Positions 11,101 to 22,001 of a DNA stretch of 64,000 bases are shown one piece after another. Source of the stretch: Chlorokybus atmophyticus (taxonomy: Eukaryota > Plantae > Mesostigma and Chlorokybus algae). The stretch's first letter is position 1, and the number at the start of each line of letters is the position of its first letter. The position numbers and the translations under genes are program-made. The DNA is taken from assembly GCA_009103225.1 (NCBI GenBank), contig RHPI01003488.1, positions 62,001 to 126,000 on the forward strand. Direction: 5' to 3'. The notes below the pieces were generated by a model. That model searched no databases. It was given only the letters and a program-made list of their open reading frames with translations, and was not told where the DNA came from.

Positions 11101-13622
11101 CCCGGCTGGTGCTGGCAAGGGCAAAGCGCTGGCCAGGAGCATCAGCAACAAGGGCAAGGCTGTTGTGACTGACGAGGACAACGACCGGCACCGGCTTGCC
11201 ACCATGGACATCTTTGCCGGGTGTGGTGGACTGTCTGAGGGACTGCAGCAATCAGGTGGTTGTTATGATTAGGATGTATTAGAGGGACACACAAAACTGC
11301 ATGCTCATGCATGCACACACACGCACATAGCCTGATTTCTTCATCTCTGTTGTTTGCTGTATGTCAGTTGACCCTGACATTGGTCTCTTCAGGGGTTACA
11401 CGCACCAAGTGGGCTGTAGAGTACGACTCGGCAGCAGCAGACGCATTCCGCTTGAACAATCCGGATGCAGCAATGTTTTGCGAGAACTGCAACGTCGTGC
11501 TTAGGTAAGTTTAACAGGTCCATTTAAGATGCTGGGTCGAAAAGCACCAAACGACTGGCATTCACCTAAGGTCTGATTCGCAGGCGACTGATGGAAAAGG
11601 GCGGTGCATCTGACTCTTGCATGTCAACACCAGAAGCAGATGCAGGTACACATTGCTAAGCCGGCAAGTCGACGACGTGTGCGGTATCAGGCATTGACAT
11701 CACCTGAACACCTGTGGCATCTTCTGTGCAGGTGCTGCAGCCATGTCCGAAGCAGATGCAGCGAGGCTCCCGTCTCCTGGTGAGGTAGATTTCATAAATG
11801 GTGGACCACCATGCCAGGTAAGCCAAGCAAGCGAACTGTTCCAAAGTATCACCTGCACTTGTCCGACGAGACATAACCGTGGCAGGGGTATTAGACTTGC
11901 TGCGCTCCTTGTGTTGATTTGTGGTTCCACTTGTGTTAGCAATCTCATCATGCGCTGCACAGGGCTTTTCTGGCATGAACCGCTTCAATTCGGGCACTTG
12001 GAGCAGAGTGCAGTGCGAGATGGTTCTGGCGTTCTTGTCGTTCGCCGACTACCTGCGGCCTCGCTTCTTTCTACTGGAGAATGTCCGCAACTTCGTTACG
12101 CACAACAAGTCTCAAATCTTCCGCCTCACGCTGCGCGCTCTCCTGGAGATGGGCTACCAGGTGAGTGTGACAGAGTTGCATGTGTGCTGTTGTTGAAGGA
12201 TGTTTATAGCACAGTGTCGCTCATTGACGTCGCTGCCAGGTGCGCTTTGCAATCTTGCAAGCTGGACACTATGGCGTGGCCCAGAGCAGGAAAAGAACCA
12301 TCATCTGGGCGGCTGCGCCAGATGAGACCCTCCCAGAGTGGCCCGAGCCGATGCACGTCTTCCACAGCACGCAACTATCAGTGCCACTGAGTGAAGGACA
12401 AAGGTAAAGGGATTCTTGCAACCATCCAGGCATTCAAGTGTTATGTCGTGTCATTGCCAACGACAAGCCTTGCGATGTAATGCAGGTACAGTGCAGTGCG
12501 CGAGTCCGCACGCGGGGCGCCGCTTCGAGCTGTCACTGTGAAAGATGCTATTGCTGATTTGCCGCCCGTTGGAAATGGAGCCGACAAGGAAGTACTTGAG
12601 GTGACGCGCTGATCATAGTGTGTTGCTTAAGTGTGGACTTTGTCGATTGCCAAAGCGACTGACGCACTTACTTTGTGTGCAGTATCAAGGAGAGCCAGTA
12701 TCGTTCTTTCAAAAAAGGATACGCAACGGTGAAACAGTGCTTCGAGACCACATAGCCAAGGCGATGAATGAGCTGAACTACCTGCGCTGCCAGAATGTCC
12801 CTGTGCGCCCGCAACCAACGCCGTGCTTCTACGATTGGAGAGACCTGCAGGAGCTACCTGATGACAGACGGATGGTAAACACAACTGTCTTGTGGCCAAG
12901 ATCTTGCAGTCTGCTCGGCATGTATGTGTGTCTGTGCGCGCGTGCGGGCATGAGTGTGGGTGAGCGTGTGATCTTGCGCGTGCGTGTATGGCCGCACAAT
13001 CTGGTTGCCGGGTACAAGTAGCCAACACAACAACCGTGTCGCGTACTCTCAGGTGACATTGTCTGACGGGAAGAAGGTGGACCTTGTGCCTTGGTGTCTC
13101 CCCAACACGGCAGCGAAGCACAACCAGTGGAAGGGACTGTTCGGGCGTCTGGACTGGGATGGCAACTTCCCCACGGCCATCACCGACCCGCAGCCCATGG
13201 GCAAGGTCGGCATGTGCTTCCACCCAGATCAGCACCGCATCGTCACCGTGCGCGAGTGCGCCCGGGCACAGGTGGGTGATGATTGTTGAGATGTTGTTGT
13301 GTTGGGGTTTTGTGGTTTGTGCGTCAAGTCAATTCAGCCGTGAAGTTGCTCCTTCTTGCCTATAGAGACTTGCCTTTTCATCTGACCTACATTGATTGAT
13401 GTAGTGGAGCAGACTGCCAACGTCGTGCAGTAAAACTTGCGCATTGATAGTCAGCAGCAGTGTTGCTAAGTACGTCTTTCATAAACTCGGCAGGGCTTTC
13501 CTGATTCTTTCAAGTTCTCCGGCACCATTCAGAACAAGCACAGGCAGATTGGCAACGCCGTTCCGCCCCCGCTCGCGTACGCACTGGGCAAAATGCTGAA
13601 GAAGGTGGTGAGCCAGATATAA
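5114..13622 (+). CDS. MET1: DNA (cytosine-5)-methyltransferase 1, plant MET1 type: N-terminal MBD-like domain, 2 RFTS, 2 BAH, C5-MTase
   Basis: RFTS1 ([11 protein letters not shown]...LFLS|AIILP...GFGPVEGW|YIDGYD), [11 protein letters not shown]...[19 protein letters not shown] linker, RFTS2, BAH (RELFL; [10 protein letters not shown]), motif [13 protein letters not shown], motif [43 protein letters not shown]...[12 protein letters not shown]; stop TAA at 13620-13622. Intron 1 contains an N gap (5449-5587). Confidence 0.95.
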
Positions 13623-13753
13623 GGTCCTGGCACTCGCTAGCGTGTCGCTTTGTACAGTACGATAAACATAGACTATTTCTATCACCGTAATAAGTGCTGG
13701 TTTGGTTGTGTACGATTGTTTACAACTCGCTAACAACTCCACCATGAACTCAC

Positions 13754-13821
13754 CATGAACTCACCATTGGTTTCACGCTAACTCCACTGGTTGTTAGCGT
13801 GAAGCCAATGGTGAGTTCATG
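13754..13821. repeat. 29-bp inverted repeat with 10-nt loop downstream of MET1
   Basis: CATGAACTCACCATTGGTTTCACGCTAAC (13754-13782) pairs with GTTAGCGTGAAGCCAATGGTGAGTTCATG (13793-13821); the single mismatch would be a G-U pair in + strand RNA. Confidence 0.9.
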
Positions 13822-14177
13822 TCAGCAGCAAAATCAGCGCTTTGCCAGCATATAGCGGATCTGGTAGAAAAGTATACCGTTGTCAACTGGACTCTTGATG
13901 GACTCTTAATACAAAGATGGGTGGTCGTGACTCAATCAAAAGCAGTCCAGCCAGTAGACAAGATATTTTTAACAAGGTTCACACGAGAAGTTTATTATCA
14001 CACAGTAGGTTTACCAACAGGGTTCTTGTGGTGATCGATCGATCAACCACCTCAAGAACTCGCAACTTGCGAACTCAACAGCGTCACAGCGTCACCACCT
14101 CTACATGCGGTCGCACACAACTAACTTAATCACGTATCAATCTGAGTCTCTTCGCAGCAGCTCACATGTAGCTCAAC

Positions 14178-15491
14178 TCAATTCGTGTTTATTGAGCTGA
14201 CAATCTCAATGTCATCGAACACCGCAAGAGTAATCGCCCTTGAGGCGCCCGCAGATGCCGACAAGCCCGCTAAGAGTTGCGACCTGATGAACAACAAGAC
14301 AAGGTGATTACACACACACGCGCACGCGCACGCACAGGCACACGCACACGCACACGCACGCGCACACGCACACGCACACATACCCTATATGGAATGGTGC
14401 GAAGATCATCGCTAGGTCAAGCCACCCCACGCCATCCTCCGAGTACGACGCCGTGAACGTGTTGGCGCTCTCGTCTGCTCTCAGCCTCAGCCACACGGGG
14501 AAGCCCACGACGACATTCCCAACCAACGTGATCACCTGCACGAATGAACGAATATATCACACGGGTGCCAACGGGCTGTGATGGGCTGTGTTGCGGTTTC
14601 CAACACTGCGCAGCAACAATCACCTGCATAGTGTTGCCGTCGCTGCTGTCGCCCCCTGCCCGCGTCGTCACGCCGAGCGTGCCTCTGCTTGTTATGAAGG
14701 CGTGGGCGTTGGCCTCGGTGCCGCCTGTGCCGGGAGAGACACGGAGCATCACGCCGGCGGCGGAGGGGATGTTGGAGGAAGGGGAGGCGGCAGATACGCT
14801 GTAGGAGACAGTCAGGTTAGCACAAGGAAGCTGTGTGTAGTGCGTCTCCTTCTCTGCGCGTGCGTGCGTGCGCGCGTGCATGCGCATGTGTGCACGAGCG
14901 CACGTGTACTCAGTCTGTGTAAATGTGTCCCTGTGGACACCTGTGTCTGTGTGCCCGCATGCAAGTAGACTCATGTGTGCATGTGTACACATGTGTGTTC
15001 GTCACGCATACCTCACGATTTTGGCGCTCACTTCAGCCACCACAACTCCATCCCCCAGTTGCTCATACACATAATGAAACTGATCTTGATACCCCGCCAC
15101 TCCTGACCCACCCGACGTCACGTACACAAGTCCATCGCTTCCCAACGCGGCTCCACCGGGATAGTTATTGAAATAAGACGCCACTTCTGCTGAGATTAAA
15201 GAGGAGGGGAGGGCTGTTTCTATCGCTGTGTAATAAGCAGTGTACGTGTAGCCGGTGGCGCGTGATAATGCGACACTATGCTCGCGGGTACCGCCGTCAC
15301 TCCAACCCACCCACGTGTAGCGCACGTTGGAAGGTGAGTCGGTTTGGCTTGCGGGTGCACCGACGTTGTAGGCGGAGTTTAAGGATCCGGTCAAATCCAA
15401 CCTACCACTCGCACTGTACACATGTGTAAGTGAGTAAGCTGATTGTGCCATCACAACAATATCGTAAATGTGTGCTTGTGTGTACACACAA

Positions 15492-15537
<46 letters not shown>

Positions 15538-18500
15538 TCCATACCCTGCCGTGAAGCCTTGTGAGTACACAGGTGCGGGTATAGGCAGCGAGAGCACCAC
15601 GTAAGGCACTGTCGACGCATCAGGAGGAGGAGGAGGAGGTGATAGTGTGGGTGGAGGAGGAGGAGAAGGTGAGGGTGGGGGAGGTGAGGGTGGAGGGGGT
15701 GAAGGAGAAGGTGGAGGGGGTGAAGGTGGAGGGGGTGAAGGAGAAGGGGGAGGAGGGGGAGGAGGGGGAGAGCGTGGAGGTGGAGGAGGGGGAGAGCGAG
15801 GGGGTGGAGGTGGAGGTGGAGAAGGCGATGATGTTGTTGTTGTCGTGATGGCCAAGTTGCCGAAACTCGCTTGCGTGACGGTATTCACCAACCCGGCCGC
15901 CACACCCGCTCCCGCAACACACGCACCCGTCTCACACTTCAACGCAACAGCCGTGGGAGCCGCATTACTCCCCCAACCCACCCACGTGTTGCCACCATCA
16001 ACACTGTACCTCGCCGCAACGCTTCCCGCAGTATATCTCAACCCCACCCACACGGGGAGTGACACAGTTGTTGTTGTGGATGTGGCGGTGGTGGACCCGC
16101 CGACAACACGTCTGTAACCGAACACGAGCTTGCGTGTGGAGGAGGAGTAGAACAACGTGGCGGCGATGGACGTGGGGGAGAGGGGGGAGGAACCGGAACG
16201 GATGGAGATGAGGGCGGAGGATTGGGAGCCGAGGGTGGAGGAGATGGAGGAGAGGACGTCAACCACGCCGGAGGTGGAGACGTCCCTGAGGGTAAAGCTT
16301 ATCGGTATGCAGCTGTACGCAACGCACGCATGTGTGCGTTTCCATGTAAATGCACGTGTGTCTAGGCACGTGCATGCGCAAGCGCATAGGCAAAATTGTG
16401 CGTGCGCGTGCATCTGCGTAGCGTGCAGGTCTGCGCGCTTACGCGTGCACGTATGTGGATGCGCATGTGCGCAAGTGTATGTGCTCGCGAGTGCGTGCCT
16501 CCTACATGTGCAATGCTTCCGTTGCAGCAACATGCCATATATCGTATCAACACGCCATCCCTTACTTGTAAACCAGATACATCGAGTCCGCGGTCCCCCC
16601 CGCTCCCATCCCCGTCCCCGTGACCGTATGCGTATCGGTCCTCTTATCCCACCACGCCCCTCCTTGCGCACCAAACCCACCATACGGCGTGCCAACATAC
16701 GCCGCGTTCAGAGTGGATGCGAGTGTCCCGTTGCCAGACGAGGGCGTGTCGATGGCGTACATCGCGGTATAAGTTGTGCGTTGGGTGGGCGTGGGAGTGT
16801 CGGGAACGATCACCTCGTGGGATTGGGGGAGGGCGTCGGACCAACCGGCGAAAAGGTAGGGGATGCCGGCGTTGACGGTCTGGAGAAAGACAGGGTGGGT
16901 GTGTATGAGTGCGTGGGTGTGGGTGGGTGGGTGTGCATGTGCGTGCATATCGCTCTCTGTGCATGCGTGCGTGCCGTATGTGCCCACGCTCACGTGCCCA
17001 TGTACGTGTATGATATGTTGGCGCGCGTGCATGTGTACCTGTGTGCGCACTTGTACACTTGTGCGCATGCACACCCATGCACGTGCATGCGTGCATGCGT
17101 GCGTGCGCGCGCGAGCACGCATGCAAACGTTCATTCCCTCCCAGAGACCAACCCAACATGCACTCATACTACGACCCCCACCCACCCACCCACCCACCCA
17201 CATACCCACACACTCACCGTGGCGCTCGCAGAAATATAAAAGCTGCTCCCAATCACCGCCTGTCTCGGTATGCTCCCGCCGCTCGTCGGCGTCCTGCTAA
17301 ACAGGTTCGCGACGCTGGCCCCGACGGGCCCGCTGGTGACCGAGACCGTGGACAGACGGGGGAGGAGCGTGCGCGTGACGGAGCGGGAGAAGAGGGCGGA
17401 GGTGGTGACGGTGAGCTCGAGGACGAGAGCCGGGTAGAAGTCGTGGTCGGGGGCGAGGAGGGTGAAGGAAGAGACGTTGGAGGCTTGCTGGGGGGGAGAG
17501 GAGAGAGGGGAAGTGCTGTTAGACGTGTTTGTGTGCATGTGTGCGTGCGAGCGCACGTGCACACACACGCACACGCGCATGCGCGCGGGTGTGCATGCAC
17601 AGGTGCGGGTTACAAACTCAGTCTACGGACTGTTCTGTCCAGGAGTACAATACGAGCTTTGCGCGAGACCAGCGTGTGTGCATGCAGGTGAGAGCGTGTT
17701 TGTGCTCGCTTGCGTGCTTGAGTACGTGTGCATCAATGCATGCCTGTACGTGCGCTTGTGCATGCATGTGCCATCTATTGGTACCAACGCTGATTAGATT
17801 TGAAACAACCGGACAGTTGACTTCGCCATGAAATGGATAGCCAAAGGCATCAGTCATGCATCTCCAAGTCCTTACCAAATAGTCGTGCGAGTGGCACGTG
17901 TCGAGCGCGGGACTCGCGCAATGCAGCACGGTGACGTCCCAGGACAATACGTCCGTGTTGGGGTGTGATCCCACGCCCGCTAAAGACAGCGCCTGACCCA
18001 CCACCCACGTCGTACCGTCGGCCGGAGAGGTGATCGCGGGGGAGGGGAGGTCGGCCGTAGACGCGGCAACCTGAGGAGAGAGAGGGAAGGAGTGATGTCG
18101 AGCACATATGTGCACATGGGCACGAACATGCGCAGGGACGCACGTGTGCATGAGTGCGCAAGTGCGTATGAACATCCCAAGCGTGCATTTGTACACACTT
18201 GTAAACGCGTGCATGTGCATACGTGCATAGGTGCGTGCGCTCGCACTCGTACGCATAGACCTACGAGTGTGTTGACATACATACACATCCGCGTGGGCGA
18301 ACGCACGCTCTTGCACTTGTGTGCGCATGTTTGTACATGTGTACTCGTAGATAGCACTGCATGACAACACCAACAACCCCTGACCTGTATGAGTTTGGTA
18401 TCCGTCCGTTTCTGCCCCCCCGGTCCCGTGATAGTGAGCGTCGCCGTAAATGTCCCTGGCTGGGCATATGTGTTGAAGGTGGCGACATTGGTGGAGTCCG

Positions 18501-21500
18501 CTTTGTTCCTATTGCTTGCATCAAAGTCCCACGCCCTTGTCACGACCACCCCGGGCGACACAAACGATGCCGAGGAATCGAAATTGACGTTGAGGGGCGC
18601 CACGCCTTGGACGCCGCCATCATCTGTAATGACAGCGCCCTGGTGTAGAAAACATTGCTTTGGCCAACTAGGCCACGGTAGCTAAAGTCGCTATCATGGG
18701 AGGTCGTGTAACGCTTGTTAACGACCGAGAAAACCTTGAGGGCTGAGTTACCTGGTCGCTGGAGTTAGCAGCTATGCGGGCGTCAAAGTACTGTTCCCCA
18801 GAGTGAAGCAAGCGGTAAATCGCCCCCGGCAACGCATTCCCGTACTCGATGACGTACACTCCCGCGCCGTCGGACTTGACGTCGACGACCCCGATGTCGT
18901 CCAGGAGGGTGAAGGCGAGGGTGGGGTCGGGGAGACCCGTAGAGGAGGAGAGGGGGAGGAGCCAGAGGCAACGGACGCTAGGGGGGAGAGGGGGAGGGTG
19001 GGTGGGGTGAGGGGTGAGGGAGTGAGAGTGAGAGTGAGAGTGCAAATGAAGGCCGAGTGCGAGTGAGTGGGTGAGTAGGAGTGTGAGTGTGAGTGTGCGC
19101 ACGCATACTCGAACACATACACACTTTCCCACACATAAGCGTGCGTAGGCGTGCGTTGATGTGTGCGGGGTATATGGTCAATGGCTGCACTCATCAGCGA
19201 TGATCAAGTGTACCTGTAGTCACCCATGAGCAGAGCGCCTTGGTACTGCGTGAACACGACAACAGGTCAGAGTGGTGATGGGCGTATGCCTATGCCTATG
19301 CATGCATGCATGCGGAGGGGAGCTGATGGAGGATGCAACCCCAACTAGCAAAAGGAAGGAAGCTTACTTGGCTGGGCCAAGAGGATACGTTGACAAAATG
19401 CAGAGCGGTGATCGATCCCGCACTCTGCACCTTGCCCTGACTCGCCCTCGTGCAACCCGTCCTACACACACACACGCACCAAGAGTCAGTTCACTGTGTG
19501 TGTCTCCCAATCTACAAACTGCGCTCTCTCTCTCGTGTTAGCGTGCCTGAAGTTTGCTGGCAGGTTGCCGTGCTGGTACTGGAAGAACGGCGGCAGCGCG
19601 AGGACGCCGTTGCGCTTGGCGGTGATGTCGTTGCAGAGGGTCGTGTTGAGGGACTGGTACTGGGACTGGGCGGACTTGCCCTCAAAGCACGGCCAGCCTA
19701 CAAGTGAATGAGTGAGTGGTTGTGAGGATGAGTGAGCGCGCACGCGCAAAGAGAAAGAGTGAGTGATTGGAGAATGGCGTGCGCGTGTGGGTGTGGGTGT
19801 GTGGGCTGGTCTACGCACGCATGCCTTTGTGTGCACGTGCGCCTGTGTCTCTGTGTGCGCGCATGAGCGTGGGTGTGCATGCGTGTCACGCGCAGCATAA
19901 GTTGAGGGGATGCAATTGAGTAGCGATCAGACACGTGCGCAACACACGTACCAAAGTTGGGTGCGCCGCCGAGCGTGGCTCTGTTCGCCGTCGGGTACGT
20001 CAACCTGATCCACTACAATCGGTCAAACCCCCACCCCAACAACAACACCAACAACCCCCACCCTCCCACCTCCCCCCACCTGTTGATCTCCTCCCACGTG
20101 TTCCACCCGACGTCCCCTATCCACACCTCGACGCTCCCGTCGTTCTTGGGGTTCATCCTCCAGGTGGTGGCGAAGGGGTTGCGGAGCCCGTAGGCCACGA
20201 CCGCGCGCTTGTCGGTGGACCAGGAGGGGCCGCCGGGGAGGGAGGGGGAGGACTTGTAGTCCGGGTTGCCGGGGTGGGGACTGTGGGTGGGACATTGGTC
20301 AATCTCACAAAGTGGGTGGAACCATGACATACCATGACTAGCGGTGTTGTTGAACACATGCGCGTGTGTGCGTGCATGAGAGTGTGCATGCGCGTTCATG
20401 GCAGTGACACTTGCACGCAGTGTCGCACACATTGTGGGTAGGATGCGCGTGTTCAATGTGTATGCATGACACATGTTGTGTATGCGACACAAGCACACAC
20501 ACATTGCAACACTGACCCTACTACCACAACAACGCGTACTTTCCGTTGAGGTCGAGGCGCACGAGCGTCCCCCCAAACTGTCCTTTCCACGGCCCCTGCA
20601 CACGTACGAGACATTAAGCAAGCGCATCACTCCTCTCAACCCACTGTTACAGTCTCAAAACTGAGCACACAAACACGCACCGGGTCCCGCGTCATGTAAT
20701 GGAGTGACCTGAACGACCCCCCCTCGGCCGTGTTGGGACTAAGGTTGTCGCCCGACACGCCCGGGTAGTCGCCGCACGCGTTGCCGCGGTTGCCGTAGTC
20801 GACGGAATTCGGATCAGCACCTGAGTGTGTGCAAGTGGGTGTGCGTGCGTGCGTGGGTGTCTGCGTGAAAGTCTGCGAATATGCTTGTGTGCGCGCATGT
20901 TCACTTGGTTGTGTATGTGTCACACATAATGTGACACATAGAGCACGCGCGCGCGAGTGCTCGTGTATGCGCTCATACATGCATGTGCAAGCACGTATGT
21001 GAGATCTCGCGTGCGTGCGTGCGTCCGTGCGTGCGTGCGTCCGTGCGTGCGTGCGTGCGTCTACGAGCGTGTGTCTCATACACATCCCACTCGTACCATC
21101 CCCCGCCGTCAGATACAGCGCTCCCGATGTTGGATCATAGAACACGTTCCCGGTCTGATGCGTGCTGGACTCGAAGCACGCCCCCATGTTCAGCACGACG
21201 GTCTGTTCCACAACTGTGTTCTTGCGATCCACCCGCGCCCGTACCACGCGCCGGTTCGCCAAGCAACCCGACGACAGGCACGTCGCGTTGCCGACCACAT
21301 AGGGAGTCGTGTACTGGAGGAAGACGTAGAGGTCGGTAGAGGAAGGGACGGGGGTGACTGCGAGAGAGAGAGAGATGTGGGTGTGAGGGTGTGTGGGTGT
21401 GGGTGTGTCATGATGTGTGTGTATGACACTTAGTTGTGACACTGCAGCCAGGACAAGCACTACTGTTGCTAGGGGGAATGCATGAGTGTACTGGTACTGT

Positions 21501-22001
21501 ACCACTATTGGTGGTGCAGTTTAGATGAGCCAGGACTTGGTATCAGTAGGACTACCTTGTGCATCAGTCACGGTGTCTAATCACGATATGCGACATATGG
21601 AAACAAAGAAAACAGTGCCCATGTACGCTATGCAGGCGATATACACACGCACTCTCGCATCACCTACCCGCCATGCCGAGCAGTCCCCTATCTCCGATGC
21701 TATTGATATCCTGGAACAAGTCCAGCAGCACCGTCTCGCTCTCCGGCGCATAGATGCTATCAAACACCAGCAACCTGCCCAGCTTCTCCACCACGAACGC
21801 TCTCGTGTCTGTCGTCGGGTTGGGCGCGAAGGCCAGCCTGGTGGGCCTGGCCAGGTCGCGGACCATAGGGGCGAGGAGGAAGTCGGAGGAGGAGGAGGTG
21901 GGGGAGGCGGAGGTGGTGAAGAAGAAAGAGGAGAGGAGGAGGAGGGGGAGGAGGAGGGAGAGGAGGGGGGGGAAGAAGGGCGGGGAGGGAGAGCGGGACA
22001 T
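14178..22001 (-). CDS. Large secreted multidomain protein: signal peptide, glucose/sorbosone (PQQ-type) dehydrogenase beta-propeller, PKD, Ig-like repeats, two ConA/DUF1349-like beta-sandwiches, Ser-Pro linker
   Basis: ATG at 22001 gives MSRSPSPPFFPPLLSLLLPLLLLSS; propeller motifs PTRLAF, VVEKLG, GDRGLLGMA, HQTGNVFY...LYLTAGDG, AYGLRNP, IGDVGWNTWEEIN, NFG|WPCFEG; PKD APLNVNFDSSAS...WDF...YAQPGTFTATLTIT; two copies of the (F/W)xGWSD...H...YTAxY module; PVWVGLRY/PVWLRLR...SYSxDG; SPPPP tract at 15620-15840; stop at 14178. Confidence 0.8.
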
